Shown here: in pieces, positions 41,149 to 49,790 of the stretch
Numbering within the stretch: the stretch's first letter is position 1
Layout of the letters: every line of letters begins with the position of its first letter
DNA from: an uncultured Chloroflexia bacterium
GTDB lineage: Bacteria; Chloroflexota; Anaerolineae; Anaerolineales; Villigracilaceae
Direction of reading: 5' to 3'
Assembly: GCA_963814135.1 (NCBI GenBank)
Contig: CAWFBZ010000013.1
Location: 41,222-105,221, forward strand
Length of the DNA: 64,000 bases
Notes under the pieces: model-generated
Told to the model about the DNA's origin: nothing
What the model saw: the letters and a program-made list of their open reading frames with translations, nothing else
Database searches by the model: none
Made by a program: the position numbers and the translations under genes

Positions 41149-41361
41149 TTACTCTTCCACGCGTCCGATCACAAAGTAGATGATTGGACCGATCAAGTTG
41201 ACAAAAACGATCACCAGCACCCACAACCACTTGGGACCGCGCGTGCGGGCGCGCCGGGCCAGGTCCACCAGGGCGACGATCATCAGCCCGAGTTCGATCA
41301 AAATGACCGGGATCAACAGGGGCAGGAATTGTTTAAGGGTCTCAATGCCATTGATATTCAT
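41149..41361 (-). CDS. Small membrane protein with PLD-nuclease N-terminal (PLDc_N) domain
   Basis: ATG 41361; ..RTRGPKWLWVLVIVFVNLIGPIIYFVIGR signature. Confidence 0.7.
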   Translation of the reverse strand: MNINGIETLKQFLPLLIPVILIELGLMIVALVDLARRARTRGPKWLWVLVIVFVNLIGPIIYFVIGRVEE

Positions 41362-41387
41362 GACGTTTCTCCTAAAAATTTCTAGAA

Positions 41388-41603
41388 CTACCCGGGCCAG
41401 TCGGCGTGCCGGCGTCTGGCATCCGTGAGCGGGCGCCGGGCTACCAGGGTGACTTTGCCGCTCTGGCTGGGGGTATAGACCTGGGTGGCCTGCCAGCCTT
41501 CCAGGCCCCATTCGTTCAAGGTGTCTTCGATCTGCTCATCCCGGGTGCCAAACATGCTGCCGATGGTCAGGACGCGATATTCCCATTGTTCGCTTTCAGT
41601 CAT
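41388..41603 (-). CDS. DUF4177-like small protein
   Basis: ATG 41603 preceded by GAGG; MTESEQWEYRVLTI..LNEWGLEGWQ pattern. Confidence 0.6.
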   Translation of the reverse strand: MTESEQWEYRVLTIGSMFGTRDEQIEDTLNEWGLEGWQATQVYTPSQSGKVTLVARRPLTDARRRHADWPG

Positions 41604-41664
41604 TTTTACCTCTGGAAGATGTGCACACAACGTGTCTTATTTTTAACCTGGGCCGTTACACAGC

Positions 41665-42624
41665 CTATTTCTTTTCGTTTTTTGGTAAATTTTGCTGGGC
41701 CAGCGAAATCATGCCGCTCAACCCGCCCAGGTTCATGGTATCAACCGCGCTGCTGGGGACGATCACCAGGGCACCTTTCTGCTTCAATCCCTCGAACAGC
41801 ATGTTCATGGCGCGCAGGTGCAGGGCGGTCGGATTGTCTATGTAAGCCTTGGAAGCCTCCGAGAAGGAAGCCGCGATCTGCTGCTCGGACTCGCCCAGGA
41901 TCACGCGCGCCTGGCGTTCGCGCTCGGCCTGCGCCTGTCGGGACATGGCATCTTCCAGGTCGGGCGGGATGATCACATCCCGGATCTCGACCGACTGGAC
42001 GGTGACGCCCCAGGGGGTAGTGCGCTCGTCGATGACCTTCTGCAATTCGGCGTCCATCTTGTCGCGCCCGACCAGGATATCGGCCAGCATGCTCTGCCCG
42101 ATGATTTCGCGCAGGGCGGTCTGGGCGGCCCAGGCGATGGCGGCCTTGTAATCGGCCACCTCCAGGGCGGCTTTTTCGGCGTCCCAGACCACCCAAAACA
42201 AAACCGCATCCACGTCCACCGGCACGGTATCCTTGGTGAGGGTCTTTTCGGCCGAAAAGGGCGTCACCATGACGCGGTGATCGATCCAGTTGGCCAGGTT
42301 ATCCACGATCGGGATCAGCCAGAAGGCGCCCGGCCCGGCCAGTTTGCGGAAATGGCCCAGGCGCAGGACAACGCCTTTTTCCCACTGGGAAGCGACTTTC
42401 AACGAAAAAAGGATGTAGACGCCGATCAACATCCAAAGGATCGCCCAATAAGTCGGCAAATTCTGGTTGGCAGGATATATGTTTGGAATGACCAGCGTGC
42501 CGCCGACACTGATCAGCATGCAGATGGCGAACAGGAATCCGGCGATGCCGGAAATATGCAGGTCAGGTTTCAGGTTCGTAAGCGAACGGGAATTTGGTTC
42601 TTTGGAATTACGGACAGGGGTCAT
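41665..42624 (-). CDS. SPFH/band-7 (stomatin/prohibitin-like) membrane protein
   Basis: 319 aa; N-terminal TM segments then ..VVLRLGHFRKLAGPGAFWLIPIVD..VDVDAVLFWVV.. and a coiled C-terminus ..AQAERERQARVILGESEQQIA.. Confidence 0.9.
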   Translation of the reverse strand: MTPVRNSKEPNSRSLTNLKPDLHISGIAGFLFAICMLISVGGTLVIPNIYPANQNLPTYWAILWMLIGVYILFSLKVASQWEKGVVLRLGHFRKLAGPGAFWLIPIVDNLANWIDHRVMVTPFSAEKTLTKDTVPVDVDAVLFWVVWDAEKAALEVADYKAAIAWAAQTALREIIGQSMLADILVGRDKMDAELQKVIDERTTPWGVTVQSVEIRDVIIPPDLEDAMSRQAQAERERQARVILGESEQQIAASFSEASKAYIDNPTALHLRAMNMLFEGLKQKGALVIVPSSAVDTMNLGGLSGMISLAQQNLPKNEKK

Positions 42625-43112
42625 GATATTCTCCTAATTGTTCCTTGATCGATTATCAGCGAGCGATAACAGCGAGCGGTCATTGCGAGGCTTTGCGCAG
42701 GTTGGTCGAGTTCGAACCAAAGTCCTTCGACCTGCTGTCCGCCGATCAAAAATGATAGCGTGACGTAGACGGTCTCGTCCGTATATTGGGCGGGGAAGCG
42801 ATACAGCACGTAGCCCTGGTTGTTCGAGAGGGTCGGCGTCCCCAACGAGACGAAGCTGCCGCTGGCGTCGGAAAGCATGCTGCGGATCTCATCGAAGCCG
42901 GTCTGCGGGAAGGCTGCTTTCATTGGGTCGCTGAAATCGCGCGTGAAAGCCGCGTAATCATTCGCGTCGATGGATTTCAGGACGTTTTCCGTCAGAGCGG
43001 CAAGCTGTTGGTCGGAAAGTCCGGCCGGTTGCGGGGCGGAACAGCCGCTCAGGCTGATCGCCAGCACCAATGAAAGCACCAGCAAGATGGAAAGTTTGCG
43101 CATGTGAACCAT
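42621..43112 (-). CDS. Lipoprotein, DUF3887-like
   Basis: ATG 43112 with GAGGAG upstream; MVHMRKLSILLVLSLVLAISLSGC lipobox; ..IDANDYAAFTRDFSDPMKAAF.. pattern. Confidence 0.6.
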   Translation of the reverse strand: MVHMRKLSILLVLSLVLAISLSGCSAPQPAGLSDQQLAALTENVLKSIDANDYAAFTRDFSDPMKAAFPQTGFDEIRSMLSDASGSFVSLGTPTLSNNQGYVLYRFPAQYTDETVYVTLSFLIGGQQVEGLWFELDQPAQSLAMTARCYRSLIIDQGTIRRIS

Positions 43113-43126
43113 TTTCAATCGTCTCC

Positions 43127-43544
43127 TCAATTCAATTTTTCTTCTGTTTCAAGCAGGTAAAGCCGTTTCCATTGCTCCACCTGCCCGGTGAAAACTTCAT
43201 CCAACAGTTCCGCCGAGACGCCCAGTCGTTCCGCATCTGCCAGGTAACGCCGGGTAAGCTCTTCGAGCGCCTGCCGGCGCAGGGTTCCGTCCACTTCGGG
43301 GGGCGGCATTTCCAGAATATACGTGCCCCGACCTTGCTGGGTGGAAATGATGCCGGATTTCATCCAGGATGCGGTAAGCCCGCGCGATCGTGTTGAAATT
43401 GACGCGCAGTTCGGCCGCCAGGGAGCGGACCGTTGGAAGCTGGTCGCCGGGTTTCAACTGCCCGGCGACCAGCAGGCTTTTGATCTGCTCGACCACCTGG
43501 AGGTAGATCGGGAGGCCGGAACGGAAGTCGATTTCAAGTTTCAT
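43127..43544 (-). CDS. GntR-family (YtrA-like) regulator, paralogue of 37803..38285; frameshift at 43358-43360
   Basis: MKLEIDFRSGLPIYLQVVEQIKSLLVAGQLKPGDQLPTVRSLAAELRVNFNTIARAYRILDE joins SGIISTQQGRGTYILE.. if one base of the A3 run (minus strand) is removed; alternative ATG at 43559. Confidence 0.82.
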
Positions 43545-43574
43545 AAGAAATTGTATCATTGTATCATTGTACTA

Positions 43575-43602
43575 ATTGTATGCGGAATTGGGGGATTGTC
43601 AA
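43575..43602 (-). promoter_or_regulatory. Promoter of the second GntR operon, followed by TACAAT-type repeats
   Basis: Minus strand TTGACA (43602-43597), 16 nt, TACAAT (43580-43575), then TAGTACAATGATACAATGATACAAT down to the start codon. Confidence 0.6.
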
Positions 43603-43699
43603 GAGGTAGGGACAAATTTAGCGCATTTTTTCCGGGCTGGATTTGAGGAGTTCAATCCTAAATTTCGCCGGCTTTCGTCATCACCTTATAAGAGACCTG

Positions 43700-43858
43700 C
43701 TAAGGTTTGGTAAAATGTTTTTCCGCATAGCAAAATTGGCGCATCTCATCCAGACGAAACTCTTCCGGATTGGTCGCATCCCTGGTTTCGCGCACCAGGT
43801 AAAGAATCTCTTCGCCGCTTGATTTCTCTATCTCGCGCAGGTTATGTGTGAGGTTGAC
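43700..43858 (-). pseudogene. Orphan 52-codon frame resembling the C-terminal nuclease end of a Type III restriction Res-like protein
   Basis: VNLTHNLREIEKSSGEEILYLVRETRDATNPEEFRLDEMRQFCYAEKHFTKP*; pattern ..LY.V.ET+....LR..E..+..CA.KHF is typical of Res C-termini; no start codon. Confidence 0.4.
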
Positions 43859-43905
43859 TTACTTCAAGTCAAAGCGGTTGGCGATGTCGGCAAATCTCGT
43901 ACCAT

Positions 43906-44059
43906 GTAGACGTAATTCAGATCGTAAACGCAATTTGGTCCATAGACGCATTTCGGGATGTAGACGTATTTTGGGTTGTAAACGCATTTTGGCCCGTAGA
44001 CGCATTTTGGCCCGTAGAAGCATTTTGGCCCGTAGAAGCATTTCATGAAATGCTTCTAC
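43906..44059. repeat. Seven 18-bp tandem units (GTAGACGCATTTTGGCCC-like) ending in the 28-bp palindrome GTAGAAGCATTTCATGAAATGCTTCTAC
   Basis: Exact 18-bp register from 43906; units grow more similar toward the palindrome at 44032-44059, which ends 28 nt downstream of the RAYT stop. Confidence 0.95.
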
Positions 44060-44087
44060 GGGTTTGCGTCGAATTTGAATTGCACGA

Positions 44088-44732
44088 TTACCGGTTCTCT
44101 TTGTCTTTGTTCCACGAAGTTGGATTGGAACGGATATATTGACGGATGGAATTGTAAGCCGGCCCATTGCGAACGATACGTTCGTAGTAATTCCGTTGCC
44201 AGATTGGAACCCCGGAACTATTTAGAAGAATGTTGATGCGCTTGGCAGAATTCATCTTGAAATAACCCATTACGAGGGGGAGTAGCATCTTGCGGCGGGC
44301 AAGGCGATAGGATTCTTTGTCAGGTTGTTTCGGCAATTCATCCCAAGGCGGCGGCAATTCATCCCAAGGCGGCGGGAATTCATCCCAGGGCGGCGGCAAT
44401 TCATCCCAGGGCGGCGGCAATTCATGAATTGCCGCTTCACCCGCTTCATCCACGGGATTCTCTTCGATTACCACAATCCCATGAAAATGATTGGGCATGA
44501 CCACTGCCTCGTCGAGAGAAATATTGGGATAGCGTGAAGGGAGGGATTGCCAGATTTCCCAGACAATCTTCCCAGCGACATTTTTATGCATTTCGCCATC
44601 TTTAATCTCTCCAAAAAGGTGCTCACGTTGGAATGTGACCATCGTGACGAAATATGCGCCGGGCCGGGAATAATCATAGTCCGGCAAACGAAGGGAGCGG
44701 CGGGAGAAATTTGGCGGATTGTTATAGGGCAT
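44088..44732 (-). CDS. REP-associated tyrosine transposase (RAYT, IS200/Y1 HUH family), apparently intact
   Basis: MPYNNPPNFSRRSLRLPDYDYSRPGAYFVT.., HUH motif MPNHFHGIV, Tyr motif IWQRNYYERIVRN..IRQYIRSNP; heptad repeat ELPPPWD inserted between the motifs. Confidence 0.85.
   Translation of the reverse strand: MPYNNPPNFSRRSLRLPDYDYSRPGAYFVTMVTFQREHLFGEIKDGEMHKNVAGKIVWEIWQSLPSRYPNISLDEAVVMPNHFHGIVVIEENPVDEAGEAAIHELPPPWDELPPPWDEFPPPWDELPPPWDELPKQPDKESYRLARRKMLLPLVMGYFKMNSAKRINILLNSSGVPIWQRNYYERIVRNGPAYNSIRQYIRSNPTSWNKDKENR
44332..44433. repeat. Four 21-bp tandem units plus terminal 18-bp palindrome GGCAATTCATGAATTGCC inside the RAYT gene
   Basis: Units at 44332, 44353, 44374, 44395 (GGCAATTCATCCCAAGGCGGC-like); palindrome 44416-44433; in frame, encoding (ELPPPWD)n on the minus strand. 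Confidence 0.95.
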
Positions 44733-45534
44733 TTCTAGCTCGTTTTTAGTCAGCAATGCTTCCCGGGACACGAGCCTGGCATTTGAGCAGCCCGATTACC
44801 GCTTCGATGGACTGAAGTGAATTCCGCTCCAATCCATTGCTTGTAATTTGTGGTCGCCGGCTAGAAGACCTTGAAGCCCAGGTCTTCAGGCTGGTCGAGA
44901 GTTAACTGGTTCTGGCGTTCTTTCTTCACATAGGTTAGGACGCGGCGGAGTTCCTTGTCGCTCTCGGCGATAAAATTGGTTCCAGCCTTTTTATAGTATA
45001 CCTAATTTCTTCTGCCCCGGGTTCCAATGCCCGGGGATTTTTTATCCGATTGGAATAGAATTCCCCCGGCAGTCATATGAATGCGCATCCGTTCGGCCCA
45101 GCCAGACGAACGGACTTCCCCGAAAAAAGAACCCCTTGACATTCCAGAACATATGTACTATTTTAATGGGCTCTCATCCTCTTATTATGTAACCGATTAA
45201 CAAAATGAACCTATCCATCGCGCTCTCCCCTCTTCCTTCTTTCCCCCGCCTGGCAAACCGTGCAGTCCTCATCCCACGGTCGAAGTATTCGTTTTTTTCC
45301 GTTTCTAAAAAAAGTGTATTTAATTCCCCTCCCCCAAAAAATTCTTCGGAGAATATCCGTTCATCATTCGTTTTTTTTGGGGGAACGAATACCTGCCCTT
45401 CCCGAAGGAATGTCCTCGAAAATCAGCCCATCGCCAGAACCCTTTCGCGTCGCTATTCCTCCGGCTCTTCAAATTACGAATTACTAATACCCCTTCCCGG
45501 ATTTTTCCCTGTTCTCCACTCTTTTCCTAATGAG

Positions 45535-47003
45535 TTACGCCTGCAGCCGTCTGATCGCCTTCCCCAACCTTTTAATTCCCGTCTCGATCTCGCCCTCCGG
45601 CTGGGCCACGAAATTGAGCCGCATCCGGTCGCGACCCTGGCTACCTTCGGTAAAAAACAGGCTGCCCGGCGCAAAGGCCACGCCTTCTTCACACGCCAGG
45701 GGCAGCAGTTCATCGGACGAAAGTCCTTCCGGCAGGCGCAGCCACAGGAACAATCCGCCCTGGGGCGGGTCCACCGAAATCCCGGAGGGCAGGCTGCGCT
45801 GGATGGCCGCCAGCATGGCCTCCCGGCGCTTGCGGAAGATCTGGCACGAGCGGCGCAGGTAAGCCTGGTAGCGCCCAACGGTTACGTAGGCCTCCAGCGC
45901 CCTTTGGATCAAAGTGGAGGTGGCCAGGTCGCTCAGGCGTTTGAATCCCAGCAGGCTTTCGTAAACCGGACCGTCCGCCACCAGGAAGCCCACCCGCAGG
46001 CCCGGCATCAACATCTTGGAAAAGGTGCTGACGTGCAGTACCCGCCCGCCCGGGTCGAGCGCTTTGAGCGAAGGTTGCGTTCGCCCATCATAGCGCAGGT
46101 CGCCGACGAAATCGTCTTCCAGGATCGGGACGTTGTAGCGGTCTGCCAGGACGATCAACTGGCGCCGGCGGGCGCTGCTCAGGCAGGTGCCGGTGGGATT
46201 ATGGAAATTCGGGATGGTGTAGATCAATTTGGGGTGGTGCTGCTGCAGCAACTGCTCCAGTTTATCCACCTGCATGCCCTGGTCGTCCATGGGAATGCCG
46301 ACGATCCGGAAGCCGCAGCGAGCGGAACAACTCCATCGCGGTGGAATAGGTCGGGCTCTCGACCAGGATGACGTCCCCGGGCTTGAGCAGCACCTGGCTG
46401 ATCAACGAAATGGCCTGCTGCGATCCGGCCGTGATCAGGATATTGTCGGCCCGCGTCTGCAGTCCCTGGCTGGCCAGGATGTGGGCGATGCTCTCGCGCA
46501 GGGGCGCGTACCCGCTGCGCTCGCCGTAATCCATGCTCTCGATCCCGTCCCGGCGCATGACGGCCTGGATGGTCTTGCGGAATTCGTCGGCCGGGAACTG
46601 GCGCGTATCGGTGATGCCGCTGGCGAAACTGATCGGGTCCGCGTGCCCGGCGTTTTTAAGCATCTGCTCGGGATTGGCAGCCCGGGAGACGCTGTTCTGG
46701 GCCCGGACATCCTGTTGCCATAAGGGCCAGGCGTGCGGGCTGGTTTTGGGAACCTGGGGCAGTGGGTTGGACGGCAGGACGTAGGTGCCGCTGCCGACCC
46801 GCGAAGACCAGCCCGTCCGCCTCCAGTTCGGAATAGGCGTTCTCCACCGTGATGCGGTTGACCCCCAGGTCACGCGCAAGCTCCCGGCTGGCAGGCAGGC
46901 GGGTATCGGGGACCAGGCTGCCGGAAAGGATGCCCTGGCGCAAATGGGTCCGGATCTGTTGATATAAAGGTTGGTTACTTTGACGGTCCAGCGGAATACG
47001 CAT
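45535..47003 (-). CDS. pdxR: MocR/PdxR-type regulator (GntR HTH + class-I aminotransferase-like domain); two frameshifts (about 46805 and 46312)
   Basis: HTH MRIPLDRQSNQPLYQQIRTHLRQGILSGSLVPDTRLPASRELARDLGVNRITVENAYSELEADGLV, then SRVGSGTYV.., then ..FRIVGIPMDDQGM..NFHNPTG..STFSKMLMPGLRVGF.. in three frames; divergent from pdxS. Confidence 0.8.
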
Positions 47004-47016
47004 GTTCCACCTCGCT

Positions 47017-47115
47017 TTGGATTGGTGTGGTTAAATATATCATCCAAATCGTTCCGATAATAGAGCCAATCCGCTTTTATCGAGGCCAATCCATTTAATT
47101 GGACTGGTGTTGGTT
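47017..47115. promoter_or_regulatory. Candidate PdxR operator repeats in the pdxR-pdxS intergenic region
   Basis: TTGGATTGGTGTGGTT (47017-47032) and TTGGACTGGTGTTGGTT (47099-47115) direct; two inverted CCAATCC copies at 47066-47072 and 47086-47092 (20-bp spacing). Confidence 0.4.
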
Positions 47116-47312
47116 TTAATTTATTGGCTCTTAACATATACCAATAATCATCTAGAATCAAGCTTGCAGGAAGACCCTCTGTTTCCTGTCCGTGTTCATC
47201 CAATTTTTTAGACTGCGGCGAACTTTAGGATTGGCTTATAACGATCTGGCCGCGCCGCCCGGCGGGAGACCGCCGTGGTAGAATCAGAACCACTATTGAT
47301 CAGGAGATAATT

Positions 47313-48200
47313 ATGGAAGAGCAAACTGGTACTTTTGCCGTTAAAAAAGGCCTGGCGCAAATGCTTAAGGGCGGCGTCATCATGGACGTTGTCACACCCG
47401 AACACGCCAGGATTGCAGAGGAAGCCGGCGCCTGCGCAGTCATGGCGTTGGAACGCGTCCCGGCCGATATCCGCGCCCAGGGCGGCGTGGCACGCATGTC
47501 GGACCCCGACTTGATCCTGAAGATCATGGATACGGTTACCATTCCGGTCATGGCCAAGTGCCGCATCGGGCACTTCGTGGAAGCCCAGATCCTGGAAGCC
47601 ATCGGGATCGACTACATCGACGAATCCGAGGTGTTGACCCCGGCGGACGAGGAAAACCACATCCTCAAGCACAACTTCAAGGTGCCCTTCGTGTGCGGCT
47701 GTCGCAACCTGGGTGAGGCGCTGCGGCGCGTGGGTGAAGGCGCCGCCATGATCCGCACCAAAGGCGAGGCCGGCACCGGCGACGTGGTGGAAGCCGTCCG
47801 GCACGCCCGCACCGTGCTGGGAGAGATCCGCCGGCTGACCACCATGGTGGACGAAGAACTGATGCATTATGCCAAGGAGATCGGCGCGCCCTACGCCCTG
47901 GTCAAGGAGACCAAGGAATTGGGCCGCATGCCGGTGGTCAACTTTGCCGCCGGCGGCGTTGCCACTCCCGCGGATGCTGCGCTGATGATGCAATTGGGCG
48001 TGGATGGGGTCTTTGTCGGTTCGGGCATCTTCAAATCGGGTGACCCGGCCAAACGCGCCGCCGCCATCGTCAAGGCCGTCACGCACTACACGGATGCCTC
48101 CATCCTGGCGGACGTCAGCAAGAACCTGGGCGAGCCGATGGTGGGACGCAACATCTCCCAGATGCCCGAGCTCGAGAAGATCGCCGGTCGTGGCTGGTAA
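47313..48200 (+). CDS. pdxS: Pyridoxal 5'-phosphate synthase, synthase subunit
   Basis: 295 aa; ..[31 protein letters not shown]..; AGGAG 6 nt upstream of ATG. Confidence 0.96.
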   Translation: MEEQTGTFAVKKGLAQMLKGGVIMDVVTPEHARIAEEAGACAVMALERVPADIRAQGGVARMSDPDLILKIMDTVTIPVMAKCRIGHFVEAQILEAIGIDYIDESEVLTPADEENHILKHNFKVPFVCGCRNLGEALRRVGEGAAMIRTKGEAGTGDVVEAVRHARTVLGEIRRLTTMVDEELMHYAKEIGAPYALVKETKELGRMPVVNFAAGGVATPADAALMMQLGVDGVFVGSGIFKSGDPAKRAAAIVKAVTHYTDASILADVSKNLGEPMVGRNISQMPELEKIAGRGW

Positions 48201-48256
48201 TTTCTTGCGCTGATCATCAGACGCCTGAAGGCTGATGACATGGGCCAAAATATTCT

Positions 48257-48823
48257 ATGAAAATAGGTGTCCTTGCGATCCAGGGAGATTTTGCGGAACA
48301 CATCTGCATGCTCAATGGGCTGGGGGTGCAGACCTCCGAAGTACGGCTGCCTGCGCAGCTGGAAGGATTGGACGGCTTGATCATTCCGGGCGGCGAGTCG
48401 ACCACGATTGGGAAACTGGCGGTGGACTATGCCCTGCTGGAACCTTTGCGCGTATTCGGCAAAACCCACGCCATCTGGGGCACGTGCGCAGGTGCGATCT
48501 TTCTTTCGAAAGACGCCCGCCGCACCCAACCCCTGCTGGGGATCATGGACATTACCGTCCAGCGCAACGCCTTTGGCCGGCAGGTCGATTCGTTCGAAGC
48601 CGACCTTTCCATCCCCGAACTGGAGGGCAACCATCCCTACCATGCCATCTTCATCCGCGCCCCGATCATCGAATCGGTCCAGGCGGATGCGAAAGTCCTT
48701 TGCAACCTGGCGGATGGCAGGATCGTGGCGGCGCAGCAGGGCAAAATGCTGGCCACATCTTTCCACCCCGAGTTGACCAATGACTCACGTTTCCACAAAT
48801 ACTTCCTCTCCATGGCAGGTTGA
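48257..48823 (+). CDS. pdxT: Pyridoxal 5'-phosphate synthase, glutaminase subunit
   Basis: 188 aa; MKIGVLAIQGDFAEH.., GTCAGAI nucleophile, ..SFHPELT.. Confidence 0.95.
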   Translation: MKIGVLAIQGDFAEHICMLNGLGVQTSEVRLPAQLEGLDGLIIPGGESTTIGKLAVDYALLEPLRVFGKTHAIWGTCAGAIFLSKDARRTQPLLGIMDITVQRNAFGRQVDSFEADLSIPELEGNHPYHAIFIRAPIIESVQADAKVLCNLADGRIVAAQQGKMLATSFHPELTNDSRFHKYFLSMAG

Positions 48824-48841
48824 GGCTGCCAGACGGTAAAA

Positions 48842-49778
48842 ATGATCGTTCGATCCCTGGATGTACTCGACCTGCCCCTGCTTTCCCGTTACCGCCGGGA
48901 CATGCTGCCCCTGGATAGCGCCCGGCTGTTGACGCGCGGCAACCCGTTGGGGGCGGTGGCGCTGCTGGCCTACCTGGATCCGCGCCGCCACATCTATACG
49001 GCGGTGGCATCCGCTAACGGCAATTCACTGATGGGGCAGGTCACATTGCGGGAGGAAGAGACCTCCGCACGCCTGGCTTTCCTGGCGCCCGCCGAGAACC
49101 TGGGCAAGCTCTCCCTGTCGATGATGGACCACATGGCGGTGCAGGTGGGCGATTGGGGCGGCATTCCATCTGCTGGCTGAGGTGGATGAAGAGTCACCCG
49201 CCTTCCGGGAATTGCGCCAGGCGGGTTTCTCCACCTACGCCTGGCAGCGTGTCTGGAAACTACCGCCCACCGACCAGCCTGATCGGAAGGAATACTGGCG
49301 ACCGGCTTTGGGGACGGATTGGCCGGCGGTCCAATCCCTGTATTCGCAAATCGTGCCGGCCATGCTCAGCCCGGTGGAAGGTCCCCCGAAGCAGGTCATC
49401 GGCCTGGTATGCCGCCCGGAGGGCAGCATGCAGGCCTACGTGACGATCAGGAACGGTCCGAAAGGCGTTTGGGTCCAACCCATCGTTCACCCCGATTCGG
49501 ATTGTGTGTCCGAGCAGTTGAACGAACTGAGCGCAGCCATGTCGAATGGGCATGCTAAACCCATCTACGTGTGCGTGCGCTCCTATCAGGCCTGGCTGGA
49601 GGCCGTGTTGGAAGACCTGGGGGCTGAGGCCGGGCCGCGCCAGGCGGTGATGGTGAGACGCCTGGCCAAGGTACAGAGGGTCGAGGAAAAAATCTCAAGC
49701 ATGGACAAAGTCCTGGTCAAACCGGCTGCGCCGGTGGCGCGGATTGCCACCAACCAGGAAAATCTGCCGAAAGAGTGA
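48842..49778 (+). CDS. Hypothetical GNAT-like protein; frameshift near 49155
   Basis: ORF 48842..49180 and ORF 49182..49778 join at ..VQVGDWG/AFHLLAEVDEESPAFRELRQAGFSTYAWQRVW..; family assignment tentative. Confidence 0.45.
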
Positions 49779-49790
49779 TATAAATTAAGC

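Noticed and set aside
43906-44059. Regular short repeats that might be a CRISPR array
   Set aside because: The units are directly abutting 18-mers with no spacers, and no cas genes are present. The structure is a tandem repeat ending in a REP palindrome.
43848-44167. ORFs 43848..44048(+), 43859..44167(-) and 43864..44046(-), with repetitive peptides such as RRILARRSILARR
   Set aside because: They are open only because the 18-bp (six-codon) tandem repeat has no stops. There is no start context or protein-like composition.
47208-48248. Long antisense ORFs opposite well-supported genes, e.g. 47208..48248(-) versus pdxS, 360..1139(-), 12874..13992(+), 22279..23634(+), 31164..32180(+), 41692..42648(+), 45205..46371(+), 49839..50906(-), 54678..55574(-)
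   Set aside because: These are shadow ORFs typical of GC-rich DNA. Their translations are Arg/Gly/His/Pro-rich without motifs, whereas the opposite strand encodes recognisable proteins.
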